Shown: one piece after another, positions 1 through 10,016 of the stretch
Layout: every line of letters begins with the position of its first letter
How positions within the stretch are numbered: the stretch's first letter is position 1
Origin: Spirochaetia bacterium
GTDB taxonomy: Bacteria; Spirochaetota; Spirochaetia; UBA9216
Length of the DNA stretch: 64,000 bases
Assembly (NCBI GenBank): GCA_963677925.2
Contig: CAXXYH010000003.1
Span: 1,696,001-1,760,000 of the forward strand
Direction: 5' to 3'
Program-made: the position numbers and the translations under genes
Notes under the pieces: generated by a model
The model's database searches: none
What the model was told of the DNA's origin: nothing
Seen by the model: the letters and a program-made list of their open reading frames with translations, nothing else

Positions 1-1316
1 GCCGCTTCAATCGCTGCATTCATTGCAAGAAGTCCGGTCTGTGCTGCTACAGACTGTATAATGGAAACCGTTGTTCTTATTTCATCAATATTGGAAGTTA
101 TCTCCTGGATAATACCTATGGTTTCATTCAGTTTTTCACCGCCTATATTGGCAGTCTTGACAAGCTCTTCAGTCGCATTTTTCTTTTTGCCCGTTATATC
201 GGCAACATTGTCAATCGAAGCTATCATCTGTGTAACTGCTGATGTTGACTCCTCAATCATTGCAAACTGTTCATCAAGCATGGTCCTGACTTCAGAAACC
301 TTTGACTTAACTGTTCCCATCCCCTGTCCGGAATCCCTGACCTGAGAATCCAGGCTTCCCATTCCATCCTTAATCTCATTCATCACTGTTGCAATCTGTG
401 TTGTAGATGCTGTAGAACTTATCGCGGCACCAATCAGCTCGTCTTTCATGGCAATATTTTTCTCGGAAGATTCCTTAATCTTTTCGATCGACTCCCTCAG
501 TTCTCCTGAAAAACTGTTCAGGTTTCTGCCTAGAGTCCCTATTTCATCCTTGGTGACAGCAGTAAATTTTCTAAGAAGGTTTCCGTGCCTGAGTTCTGCA
601 ACACCTGACTCAAGCTGGGTAACACTTTTAGCCATCCGGCCCGCCATAATTGCAGCAGCTATAATTATTCCGATAACTATAAGAATAAAAATTATTACAC
701 TTCTGATGATTACCGATACCGTTTTTCCGGCAACCTCGGTCTCGATAACTTCAAACTGCTTATCAATGACCTCGTAAGCAGAACTAAGTGCTCCATTGCA
801 TATATCAACACTGCTCTCAAGATCAAGAGCTCTTTCCATTATCTCAAAATAGTCATCATTCCGTTTAATTATTGTTGATGTATAAAAGGTTTTAAGCGAA
901 ACCATCTTTGAGAAAAGAGTCCGCTCCGCATCATCCATTACAATGGGCATTATATCGACATATCTTTCCCAGCGTTCCTCAAAAAGCTGCTGAAGCTGGA
1001 TCACAGCATCCATTGATCTGTTAACCTTTGCATTCAGATTGCTCAGCCTGCGCTGGCTGGAGACTATATTGAAAACCTCATCCATCTGGCTTTTTGCATC
1101 GTTAACTTCTTCAAACTGCTGCTCAAGCGGTGCCGTAAAAAGCCTGTTCATCTCAGCCCTCACCAGAAGAACCTTTTCACCAAGAAGCCTCAGGTCCTCG
1201 GTTTCCCGGTTAATCTCAAGAACAGGTATAATAAATAGAATAATCAAACCGACAGCAAGAAGAAAAATTACAAATTCGCCGAAAACAATTGCGAAAAGTT
1301 TATTTTTAATAGTCAT
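1..1316 (-). CDS. Methyl-accepting chemotaxis protein (3' end runs off the window)
   Basis: Not in the ORF track because it is open-ended. ATG at 1316 after GGGGG; N-terminal TM segment (MTIKNKLFAIVFGEFVIFLLAVGLIILFII); in-frame signalling motif VAAQTGLLAMNAAIEA at positions 50-3. Confidence 0.9.
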   Translation of the reverse strand, partial: MTIKNKLFAIVFGEFVIFLLAVGLIILFIIPVLEINRETEDLRLLGEKVLLVRAEMNRLFTAPLEQQFEEVNDAKSQMDEVFNIVSSQRRLSNLNAKVNRSMDAVIQLQQLFEERWERYVDIMPIVMDDAERTLFSKMVSLKTFYTSTIIKRNDDYFEIMERALDLESSVDICNGALSSAYEVIDKQFEVIETEVAGKTVSVIIRSVIIFILIVIGIIIAAAIMAGRMAKSVTQLESGVAELRHGNLLRKFTAVTKDEIGTLGRNLNSFSGELRESIEKIKESSEKNIAMKDELIGAAISSTASTTQIATVMNEIKDGMGSLDSQVRDSGQGMGTVKSKVSEVRTMLDEQFAMIEESTSAVTQMIASIDNVADITGKKKNATEELVKTANIGGEKLNETIGIIQEITSNIDEIRTTVSIIQSVAAQTGLLAMNAAIEA

Positions 1317-1524
1317 TTATCCCCCGGTAATCAACCAATTTGAACAAATAGTTTATTACAGATAGCTGCTAATAAAAACCACAAAAATTTAATTGAAACG
1401 ATTACATCCATATATTCTAGTAAATTTTACATACAGATTCAAACTACCAATGTGAAATTCCAGTTTCAGTATCAGCTCACCCCCGGTCTTTTCAACTATC
1501 CTCATATCGTAGTAAAATCCGCCC

Positions 1525-3588
1525 ATGAAAACACTGGTTCTTGCAGAAAAGCCCAGCGCGGGCAGAGATATAGCACGGGTACTCGGCTGCCGAAAACAGA
1601 CACGAAGCTTTATTGAGGGAGACAAGTACATTGTAACATGGGCAATGGGGCACCTGGTTGAGCTTGCCGATCCAGGAACTTATGACAGCAGATACAACAG
1701 CTGGAATCTCGATGATCTGCCCATGCTTCCCGAAAGGATGAAACATCACGTTATAAAGCGTACTTCCTCCCAGTTTTCAACTGTTAAGAAGCTTCTTCAC
1801 CGGAATGATGTTGCGGATGTAGTGATAGCCACAGATGCAGGAAGAGAGGGAGAGCAAGTAGCAAGGCTTATCCTCAGGCTAGCCGGCTATAAAGGGAAAT
1901 TCTCAAGACTTTGGATAAACTCACTTACCGACAAGGCAATTAAGAACGGGTTTGGTTCACTCAAGCCCGGCCACGACTTCGACAACCTGCTGAGGGCTGC
2001 AGAATGCCGGGCAGAGGCTGACTGGATTATCGGCCTGAATATAACAAGAGCCTTAAGCTGCCATTACGATACCAGGCTCTCAGCTGGAAGGGTTCAGACA
2101 CCTACACTTGCTATGGTAAAAAACCGTGAAGAACAGATTAAAAACTTTATTCCCTCAAAGTACTGGAATCTTGAAGCGGGTTTTGGAAGTTTTTCCGCCC
2201 GATGGCGAGACGGGAAAGGCAATACTCTTATTAAAACCGGGGAAGAAGCTGAAGCACTTAAATCAAAACTTCTTAATTCAGAGGCGGAAATAATCTCAGT
2301 AAAATCATCAGACAAAACAGAACCGCCGCCCCTTGCATATGACCTGAACTCGCTTCAGCAGGAAGCAAACAGAGTACTCGGATTCTCAGCAAAAAAAACA
2401 CTTCAGGTTCTTCAGGGCCTGTATGAAAGACATAAAATAGTAACCTATCCCAGAACCGACTCGCGTTATCTTCCGGAGGATATACGGGAAACAATAAGCG
2501 AGAGACTCTCTGCGCTTAAAAATACCGGCTGGAAAAAACAGGCTCATCAGATAGGTAAAAATGAGATAAAGGCAGGAAAAAGGCTGTTCAACAATGCCGG
2601 AGTCAGCGATCACCATGCAATAATTCCGACTGAAGAAACAGTAATTCCCGAAAGACTTTCCGCAGAGGAAAAAGCGCTGTGGGATATTGTAGTAAAGCGG
2701 TTTATAGCTGTGCTCTCGCCACCCTTCCGCTACAAACGTATAAGTGTGGAAATTACAGCAGGAGGAGAAAGCTTCAGAGCATCTTCCAATATCCTTATCG
2801 ATCAGGGCTGGAAGGCGGTGGAATTTGTTTCCACAGAGTCGGAAACTGATGAGGCCGAGGGGCATGGAAGCCTGAAAGACCTTCAAAAGGGGGATACTCT
2901 CAGCATCAAAGAAATTAATATTTCCACACACCTGACGAAACCGCCGGCACCCTGTACAGAGGCGGTACTTCTGGGGCTTATGGAGGACCCGTCAAAATTC
3001 CTGCGGAACAGCGAATTAAAAGAAAATATAAGAAAGGCCGGACTAGGAACCCCTGCAACAAGGGCTGATATAATTGAAAAGCTTATATCAAACCACTATC
3101 TGGATCGTAAAAACAAGATACTAAGCGTTACTCCGGCCGGAGAAGAAGTCCTTCTTCTGGCACCTGATGAATTAAAATCCCCGGAACTGACGGCACGGTG
3201 GGAACAGCGCCTTGAAAACATTGCTGAAGGCAGGGAGAAAGCCGGAGCCTTCTCGGCAGAAATCAGAGAGCAGACAAAAAAAATGGTCAGTGAGGTTATA
3301 AGCTCCGGAAAAACACTGAAGCCGGCAGCCGCCGGCGGCCCTCCATGCCCTCTCTGCGGAAGGCCCATGATGAGTTCCCACGATAAAAAAGGCCGCGAAA
3401 TCAAAGTATGCCGCTCCCTGACCTGCGGGTACGAGGAAGAACCTGAAAACCGCGGCGGAATGAGCAAGCCTTCCAAGAGAGAGAAAGCAGTGGCCCGCAA
3501 TCTTATGAAAAAATATTCAGCAGACAGCGGAGATACATTCACCCTTGCCGACATGATAAAAGAAAAGCCGAAAAGGAACAGGAAATGA
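1525..3588 (+). CDS. topB: DNA topoisomerase III (type IA)
   Basis: LVLAEKPS, ATDAGREGE, SAGRVQTPTL, TYPRTDS (catalytic Tyr), GLGTPATRA; C-terminal zinc ribbon CPLC..C....C. Confidence 0.93.
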   Translation: MKTLVLAEKPSAGRDIARVLGCRKQTRSFIEGDKYIVTWAMGHLVELADPGTYDSRYNSWNLDDLPMLPERMKHHVIKRTSSQFSTVKKLLHRNDVADVVIATDAGREGEQVARLILRLAGYKGKFSRLWINSLTDKAIKNGFGSLKPGHDFDNLLRAAECRAEADWIIGLNITRALSCHYDTRLSAGRVQTPTLAMVKNREEQIKNFIPSKYWNLEAGFGSFSARWRDGKGNTLIKTGEEAEALKSKLLNSEAEIISVKSSDKTEPPPLAYDLNSLQQEANRVLGFSAKKTLQVLQGLYERHKIVTYPRTDSRYLPEDIRETISERLSALKNTGWKKQAHQIGKNEIKAGKRLFNNAGVSDHHAIIPTEETVIPERLSAEEKALWDIVVKRFIAVLSPPFRYKRISVEITAGGESFRASSNILIDQGWKAVEFVSTESETDEAEGHGSLKDLQKGDTLSIKEINISTHLTKPPAPCTEAVLLGLMEDPSKFLRNSELKENIRKAGLGTPATRADIIEKLISNHYLDRKNKILSVTPAGEEVLLLAPDELKSPELTARWEQRLENIAEGREKAGAFSAEIREQTKKMVSEVISSGKTLKPAAAGGPPCPLCGRPMMSSHDKKGREIKVCRSLTCGYEEEPENRGGMSKPSKREKAVARNLMKKYSADSGDTFTLADMIKEKPKRNRK

Positions 3589-4463
3589 TTATATATGATG
3601 AACCTCTTTACAGGCCGCCTTCAGAAGCTGAGAGTCTCATAATACAGGCAACTCTGGGCTGCAGCCATAACCGCTGCGTTTTCTGCGGCATGTATAAGTC
3701 AAAAACCTTTAAAGCCAGACCGATTGAAAAAGTTCTGGGTGAAATAAGCTACGCAGCCGCCAATTACCCGGGCGTCAGAAGGGTTTTTCTGGCAGACGGG
3801 GATGCAATGGCCCTTGGAACCGATACTCTTCTTCAAATATCAGAACACCTGCATAATGAACTTCCCCGGCTTGAACGCATATCCCTGTATGCAAATCCGG
3901 GCAATATCCGCAAGAAATCGGATGAGGAACTTAAAGAAATCAGAGACAGCGGAATCAAGCTGCTGTATCTTGGAATTGAATCGGGCTCCGATCTCATCCT
4001 CAAGAAAATCAGAAAAGGTGCAGATGCAGAACTGATGAACGAAGGCATAAGCCGTTCCAGACAGGCCGGAATAAAAGTATCCGCGACTCTAATAACAGGA
4101 TTAGGCGGAGCGGAACACTGGGAAGAGCATATAAGCGGCAGTGCTGAACTGATAAACCGCACTCCCACTGATTACCTGTCAACGCTCACTCTGATGGTAG
4201 ACCGTAATACGATTAAACAGCTGGAAGAATCATACGGACACAGTTTCACCATGCAGAACGATACCGCCATAATGAAAGAAAACAGAATGCTGATTGAAAA
4301 GCTGAATCCGGAGAGCAATATTGTATTTATGTCGAATCATGCGTCTAATGCACTGCCGCTTCGGGGAATGCTTCCGGCCCACCGTGAAAAACTACTTGCT
4401 CAGATAGACAGTGCGCTAAGCGGTAATGAAAGAATCAGGCCATCGTGGATGCGTGGATTGTAA
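3585..4463 (+). CDS. Radical SAM protein of unknown function
   Basis: YRPPSE, GCSHNRCVFC (Cx4Cx2C), FLADGDA, YLGIESG; ATGA overlap with topB. Confidence 0.85.
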   Translation: MIIYDEPLYRPPSEAESLIIQATLGCSHNRCVFCGMYKSKTFKARPIEKVLGEISYAAANYPGVRRVFLADGDAMALGTDTLLQISEHLHNELPRLERISLYANPGNIRKKSDEELKEIRDSGIKLLYLGIESGSDLILKKIRKGADAELMNEGISRSRQAGIKVSATLITGLGGAEHWEEHISGSAELINRTPTDYLSTLTLMVDRNTIKQLEESYGHSFTMQNDTAIMKENRMLIEKLNPESNIVFMSNHASNALPLRGMLPAHREKLLAQIDSALSGNERIRPSWMRGL

Positions 4464-4470
4464 AGAGTCC

Positions 4471-4728
4471 TCAGCCGGCTTCCCGGTAGCTTTTAAGAGC
4501 ATTTGCAAGCTGGTCGGGGCATGAAGTACTGCGGCTTCCGCATTTTACACCTTCAACACAGCTGATCACCTCGTCGACACTTCGGCCCTCTACAAGCCGC
4601 TTTATTCCGATCAGGTTTCCCGGACAGCCTCCGCGAAACTCAACTGATTCTATTATCTCATTCTTAATCTTGATATTAATTTCTTTAGAGCAGGTTCCTG
4701 ATGTTTTATATGAAATGTGTTTAGGCAT
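4471..4728 (-). CDS. TSCPD-domain small protein (TIGR03905-like)
   Basis: GTCS, GGCPGN and CGSRSTSCPDQLA motifs. Confidence 0.85.
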   Translation of the reverse strand: MPKHISYKTSGTCSKEINIKIKNEIIESVEFRGGCPGNLIGIKRLVEGRSVDEVISCVEGVKCGSRSTSCPDQLANALKSYREAG

Positions 4729-4817
4729 AGACTTTTTTAACGATTTTTCATAATTTCATCAATGCCCTTGAATTGCTTCCTTATGATTTCTTAGAATATA
4801 GTATAGGATTTTTTAAT

Positions 4818-5216
4818 ATGGACGAAAGACTGAAGGCTCTGGAACAGATTAACTCCGCAGATAAAGGGATTAGCGCAGCAGGAAGGATACTTGGAGAGAC
4901 TGCCCCCTGGGGTGTTCTTATCGAGATTTCAGGAAAGCTTGACAACTACAACTCCAATATTTTTACCGAACATGTATCAAGTATCATATCCGAAAACAGC
5001 ACAATCGATGTACTTATAATAGATATGAAAGAAATAAACTATGTATCCTCCACAGGAATCGGCTCATTGACGAATCTGCTTATCCAGACTCATAAATTCA
5101 ATATCGAATTTAAAATTGCAAGAGCCGGAGAAAAAATCAAATCACTTATTGATCTGCTCGGCTTCACCTCATTTTTTCAGTTTGTCGATGATCTGAATAC
5201 AGTCAGGGGGGAATAG
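4818..5216 (+). CDS. STAS-domain anti-sigma-factor antagonist
   Basis: ISGKLD, IIDMKEINYVSSTGIG, LLGFTSFF; ATG 4818 after AGGA preferred over TTG 4773. Confidence 0.85.
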   Translation: MDERLKALEQINSADKGISAAGRILGETAPWGVLIEISGKLDNYNSNIFTEHVSSIISENSTIDVLIIDMKEINYVSSTGIGSLTNLLIQTHKFNIEFKIARAGEKIKSLIDLLGFTSFFQFVDDLNTVRGE

Positions 5217-5222
5217 CCGCTG

Positions 5223-6446
5223 ATGTATGAGACGTTCAGGGATCTGCTTGAACTGACCCATTTTATCTATTTTACCATCACAGATGAAGGAATCATCAGC
5301 TTCCTTAATCCTGCGGGAAAGGCCTTCTTCGGTGTAAACGAAGCGGAAACCGAACTCAGACTGCCGGACCTCTTCGAACATCACATAGACTATGTGACCA
5401 CACAGAATATACTCCTTGAAGAAGGCCGTCTGACTGAATGCGAGGTGGCTCTTAAATCATCAGCCGGAATGCGTGTAATGTCAATTACTGCTATCCAAAA
5501 TAAGAATCTCGAAGCAAAATCATGCAGAATTAAGGGATTAATGCATGATGTAACTGAGAAAATCAGAAGTGATCAGCAGTCCATTAAAAATAATCTTGAG
5601 CTCGTAGAATTAAACAAAAAACTCAAGGAAACTCAGGCAGCACTTATTCAAAATGAAAAAATGGCTTCCCTCGGGCAGCTTGCCGCCGGTATAGCGCATG
5701 AAATCAATAATCCGTTGAGTTTTGTACAGAGTAATTTTATAAGTCTTCAAAAATACACCCCCGTGATACTCGGCTATATAGAAAAAATCGAAGAGATCTG
5801 CAGAGAGAATTCAGGGACAAATGATAATCTTGCTAAAATCAGGGATGACATGGACATCGAATTCATCCTCAGCGATTTAGACAGCATTCTTTCTGAATCA
5901 CAGGACGGATTCTCCAGGATTATCTCCATAGTCAAGGAAATGAAGTCCTTTTCCCGCTCAGATGCAGCTGAAACAGCAGACTATGATATCAACAACGGAA
6001 TCAGATCTACTATAATAGTAGCCGGCAACGCCTATAAATATTCTGCCGATCTGGAAACCGACTTCGGGAAAGTTCCAAGAATTAGGTGTGTAAGCAGTGA
6101 AATAAACCAGGTTCTGCTTAACATTATCATTAATGCCTCCCAGGCCATGAGCTCTGAAAAAAAAGGGATAATAAAGATAAAAACATGGAGTGAAGACGGA
6201 GCTGTATACTGTTCAATCTCAAATAACGGAGAACCTATACCGCAGAACAGACTAAGCCGTATCTTTGAGCCTTTTTACACAACAAAACCTCCGGGAAAGG
6301 GTACTGGTCTTGGTTTGAGCCATGCACATAACATTATAGTAGAAATTCACAAAGGAGAGCTGATTGTAGAATCCGGTGAATGGACAACTTTTACAATAAA
6401 ACTTCCGGCCCCTGAAGAGAATTCGCAGGTACGGGATGATAAATAA
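5223..6446 (+). CDS. PAS-domain sensor histidine kinase
   Basis: EKMASLGQLAAGIAHEINNPL H-box, N-box QVLLNIIINA, FEPFYTTK, GKGTGLGL. Confidence 0.92.
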   Translation: MYETFRDLLELTHFIYFTITDEGIISFLNPAGKAFFGVNEAETELRLPDLFEHHIDYVTTQNILLEEGRLTECEVALKSSAGMRVMSITAIQNKNLEAKSCRIKGLMHDVTEKIRSDQQSIKNNLELVELNKKLKETQAALIQNEKMASLGQLAAGIAHEINNPLSFVQSNFISLQKYTPVILGYIEKIEEICRENSGTNDNLAKIRDDMDIEFILSDLDSILSESQDGFSRIISIVKEMKSFSRSDAAETADYDINNGIRSTIIVAGNAYKYSADLETDFGKVPRIRCVSSEINQVLLNIIINASQAMSSEKKGIIKIKTWSEDGAVYCSISNNGEPIPQNRLSRIFEPFYTTKPPGKGTGLGLSHAHNIIVEIHKGELIVESGEWTTFTIKLPAPEENSQVRDDK

Positions 6447-6499
6447 AAACTGACAATAGGCGGTTTTCGCTATATAATTAAAATTCCAGGATGGGTGAA

Positions 6500-6883
6500 A
6501 TGAGTGACATCAGAGATAGAAAATTAAAAGTACTCGTAACTGAAGATGAAGCTATAAACAGAATGTATATTACTACAATTCTTGACAGGATAGGCTGGGA
6601 AGTTCACGAAGCTTCCGATGGTCTTGAAGCCCTGGAAAAAATAAAAAGCGATAAATATGATGTTGTTCTTATGGACATAAGCATGCCTAAACTTAACGGT
6701 CTTGATGCGGTTACACAAATAAGGAACAGTGAGGCCGACGGCACTCATCTGCCCGTAATTGCCCTTACGGCCCATGCCTTCCCTTCTGACAGGAAGAAAT
6801 TCCTTGAAGCCGGCATGGACGATGTTGTAGTGAAGCCTCTTAATGAAGAAGCTCTGATAAATGTTATTTCTAAGCTGGTATAA
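6500..6883 (+). CDS. Single-domain response regulator (receiver)
   Basis: TEDE, DVVLMDISMP, IALTAHA, KP; ATG 6491 is an alternative start. Confidence 0.9.
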   Translation: MSDIRDRKLKVLVTEDEAINRMYITTILDRIGWEVHEASDGLEALEKIKSDKYDVVLMDISMPKLNGLDAVTQIRNSEADGTHLPVIALTAHAFPSDRKKFLEAGMDDVVVKPLNEEALINVISKLV

Positions 6884-6940
6884 AGTAAATTTATATCTTT
6901 TTAATTCCATTTTCCGCCGCACTGTGTTATATTGAGCTCA

Positions 6941-7366
6941 ATGATTCTATTTTCCAAACAGTACGAAATCTCATCAGACAATCCTCTTACATACGGCGAA
7001 GCATCAAGCAGTCTAAAAAAAACTCTTAAACAGATCGGCCTGGCAGCAGATATCATCAAGCGAACAGCTATCGCAATGTATGAGGCAGAGATAAATACCA
7101 TAGTTCACGGACACGGCGGAACCGCAGAGGTCACAATTACAGAAGACAGTATTAAGATAATCTTTGAGGATCAGGGCCCCGGTATACCCGATATTGAGCT
7201 TGCGATGCAGGAAGGTTATTCAACCGCATCCGAAGAAATTCGTGAAATGGGCTTCGGTGCGGGCCTTGGTCTGCCTAATATAAAAAAGAATTCGAGCGAT
7301 CTCCTTATTGAATCCGAACCCGGAAAGGGTACCCGGGTAACCATAGGAATAGATCTTCCGAGGTAA
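6941..7366 (+). CDS. Anti-sigma regulatory factor / RsbT-RsbW-like Ser/Thr kinase
   Basis: YEAEINTIVHG, FEDQGPGIPDIELAMQEGYST, GFGAGLGLPN (HATPase). Confidence 0.88.
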   Translation: MILFSKQYEISSDNPLTYGEASSSLKKTLKQIGLAADIIKRTAIAMYEAEINTIVHGHGGTAEVTITEDSIKIIFEDQGPGIPDIELAMQEGYSTASEEIREMGFGAGLGLPNIKKNSSDLLIESEPGKGTRVTIGIDLPR

Positions 7367-7368
7367 AT

Positions 7369-8679
7369 ATGTCCGAATATATACACTCAGTATATCTTGA
7401 TGAAGATAAATGCAGGGGCTGCACAAACTGCATTGGACACTGCCCTACCGAGGCTATCAGAGTACGCAGGGGTAAAGCCTTTATCATCAGCGACCGATGC
7501 ATTGACTGCGGAGAGTGCATCAGAGTTTGTCCGCATCACGCCAAAAAAGCCCACTCGGACAGCCTTGATGTGCTGAAAAAACACTCCTTCAACGTTGCAA
7601 TTCCCGCACCTACCCTCTACGGCCAGTTTAAAGACCGCTATTCAATCGATACCGTTCTCTCAGCACTTAAAAGGATAGGATTTGACGATGTCTTCGAGGC
7701 GGCAGCCGCGGCTGATATAGTTACTGCTGAACTCAGAAAGGCTCTTGAGAAGAAACCGGGAAACACTCCGTGGATATCATCATCCTGCCCAGCAATAGTC
7801 AGACTGATTCAGATTCGATACCCCGGCTTGATAGATCAGATAGTCAGAATTGAATCACCGATGGAAATTGCAGCCAGAATTATCAAACAGGATATTTACC
7901 CGGACATTGAGGATATTGGCGTCTACTTCATAAGCCCATGCCCGGCAAAGATAACTGCGGTGCGCTCACCCCTGGGGTCGGACCAGACCTGGGTGGACGG
8001 TGTGATCGCAATCAACCAGATCTATCTGCCTCTTCTTGCTGCCGCAGACACCGTAAAAAATCCTCCTCCGCTGGGAAAAGCTTCTTCCGCCGGTATAGGC
8101 TGGGCAAGAAGCGAAGGTGAAAGCAGCGCAACAGGCTGGACAGAAACGGTTGCTGTCGACGGAATCGACAATGTTATAAACTTCTTTGAAGAACTTGAAA
8201 ACGGTAAAATAAAGCACGTAGACTTTATTGAGGCTATGGCCTGCCCCGGAGGCTGTGTCGGGGGAGCACTCACTGTTGAAAATCCATATATTTCAAAAGC
8301 CCGAATCATAAGAAAAGCCTCTCATATGAAAGCTCGCGAAACTCATGGAGAATTGGCGGAAAATTCAAAGGTTCAGCTTGAGATGAATGCAGAAATAGCA
8401 CCGAAGCATATCCTTTCTCTTGATACTGATTTCAGAAAAGCTCTTGAAAAGATGGCTGAAATAGATAGAATCACAGAGACCCTCCCGGGACTGGACTGCG
8501 GTTCATGCGGAGCACCGACATGCAGGGCCCTTGCTGAGGATATCGTAAGGGATACCGCAAAAAAGAACGACTGCATATTTATACTCAGGGATGAAATCAA
8601 GCATCTTACTGAAAACCTTGCGGAACTCGGTTCATGGATGCCTCCACTGCTGTCGGATAAAAACAATCAGGAGAGCTGA
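7369..8679 (+). CDS. [FeFe]-hydrogenase-like Fe-S protein (atypical, putatively sensory)
   Basis: N-terminal 2x[4Fe-4S] (CRGCTNCIGHCP, CIDCGECIRVCP); H-cluster-like motifs SSSCPA, SPCPAK, EAMACPGGCVGG; C-terminal FeS domain LPGLDCGSCGAPTC...C. Confidence 0.85.
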   Translation: MSEYIHSVYLDEDKCRGCTNCIGHCPTEAIRVRRGKAFIISDRCIDCGECIRVCPHHAKKAHSDSLDVLKKHSFNVAIPAPTLYGQFKDRYSIDTVLSALKRIGFDDVFEAAAAADIVTAELRKALEKKPGNTPWISSSCPAIVRLIQIRYPGLIDQIVRIESPMEIAARIIKQDIYPDIEDIGVYFISPCPAKITAVRSPLGSDQTWVDGVIAINQIYLPLLAAADTVKNPPPLGKASSAGIGWARSEGESSATGWTETVAVDGIDNVINFFEELENGKIKHVDFIEAMACPGGCVGGALTVENPYISKARIIRKASHMKARETHGELAENSKVQLEMNAEIAPKHILSLDTDFRKALEKMAEIDRITETLPGLDCGSCGAPTCRALAEDIVRDTAKKNDCIFILRDEIKHLTENLAELGSWMPPLLSDKNNQES

Positions 8680-9371
8680 TGCTTACACCCTACGAAAAAA
8701 AACTCACCGAACATCTGTCGGAATTTACTACTGAACAGAGACTCGAAAAAATAAACCGTGTACTTGATCTTAGAACCCGGTACATGACGGTTGTCCTTGA
8801 GGATATCTTTCAGCCTCATAACGCCAGTGCAGTACTCCGCTCCTGCGACGGGTTCGGTGTTCAGAATGTACATATCATCGAAAACAGGAATACCTTTGCA
8901 CCGACAAAGACTGTAGATATGGGAACCGCCCAGTGGCTGAGTATCAACAAATACAGGGCGGAAAAGGGTACAAGCTCGACCATCCAGACCCTCCGAAAAC
9001 TGAAATCCGACGGCTACAGGATAGTAGCCACAACACCTCATACCAATGATGTAAATCTTGAGGACTTCGATCTTGAAAAGGGAAAGTTTGCAGTTGTACT
9101 GGGAACAGAGCTTGAGGGAATTACAGATGATGTTATGAATGAGGCAGATGAGTTTCTGAAGATTCCGATGTTCGGCTTTGTTGAAAGCTTCAATATTTCT
9201 GTAGCCTGTGCACTCATACTTCATCACCTGAGCTGGAAACTCCGTGATTCCGGAATAGACTGGAAACTCCCGGATGAGGAGAGAGAAGAGGTCCTGCTTT
9301 CATGGCTGAGAGGAACAGTAAAAAATGCGAAAGCCATTGAAAAGCATTTCGCCGATATTAATCTTGATTAG
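8679..9371 (+). CDS. trmH: tRNA (guanosine-18-2'-O)-methyltransferase, SPOUT family
   Basis: VVLEDIFQPHNASAVLRSCDGFG, VLGTELEGI, IPMFGFVESFNISVA. Confidence 0.85.
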   Translation: MLTPYEKKLTEHLSEFTTEQRLEKINRVLDLRTRYMTVVLEDIFQPHNASAVLRSCDGFGVQNVHIIENRNTFAPTKTVDMGTAQWLSINKYRAEKGTSSTIQTLRKLKSDGYRIVATTPHTNDVNLEDFDLEKGKFAVVLGTELEGITDDVMNEADEFLKIPMFGFVESFNISVACALILHHLSWKLRDSGIDWKLPDEEREEVLLSWLRGTVKNAKAIEKHFADINLD

Positions 9372-9398
9372 CCTTAAAAACACCGTTATATTCTTAGT

Positions 9399-9992
9399 AT
9401 GGCAGAAATAAAATCAGCACTTGAAATAGCTCTGGCCCGGACAGAGGGAATAGAGACAGACACAGGTAAATTACGCGAAAAAGAACTTAAGATTGAAGGC
9501 CGGAAGGCCGCAATTTCATTTATAGACAGCAAAACCGATGCAAAAGAACTTAAAAAGTTTTTGAAAGAATATAAAAACGAAGAAAAACAGGCTCTTATGC
9601 GCGGCCTTGCAGAGTCGTTTCTATCAAGGGTAAAACTGCCTATGGCAGAAGGCTTTGAAACCGAAATTCAGAGAACTGCAGAAGGCCTTGCGACAATATC
9701 AGATGACCCTTCATCCATCAACCAGATGTTTGATCAGCTGATCCAGTTTTTCGCGCAGTACCTTCAGAATAAAGAGCAGTTTGTAACACAGCTGACACAG
9801 CAGTTCCAGCCCCTGCTCAAGCAGAAAGAAGACGCAATCTTCGCACAGACAGGCAGCCGCATAAAAATCAACCCCATGGATGATCCTGAATTTCAGAAAG
9901 CTTATTCACAGAACATGGGAAAACTTGAGAAACAGTACACCGAGGCTGTAGACCAGGCAAAGGGCCAGCTGAAGGAATTTTTCGAACTATAA
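9399..9992 (+). CDS. Conserved helical hypothetical protein (DUF6657-like)
   Basis: MAEIKSALEIALART N-terminus and DPEFQK motif; promoter directly upstream. Confidence 0.65.
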   Translation: MAEIKSALEIALARTEGIETDTGKLREKELKIEGRKAAISFIDSKTDAKELKKFLKEYKNEEKQALMRGLAESFLSRVKLPMAEGFETEIQRTAEGLATISDDPSSINQMFDQLIQFFAQYLQNKEQFVTQLTQQFQPLLKQKEDAIFAQTGSRIKINPMDDPEFQKAYSQNMGKLEKQYTEAVDQAKGQLKEFFEL

Positions 9993-10016
9993 AACTTTCA
10001 AAACCAAGAAGGCAGA

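Noticed and set aside
1328-1356. Possible sigma28 promoter for the MCP (TAAA-N16-GTTGATTA, minus strand)
   Set aside because: -10 match too weak to call
61-1365. Plus-strand ORFs 61-345, 448-777 and 1039-1365
   Set aside because: Antisense shadows of the minus-strand MCP; Ser/Ile-rich with no motifs
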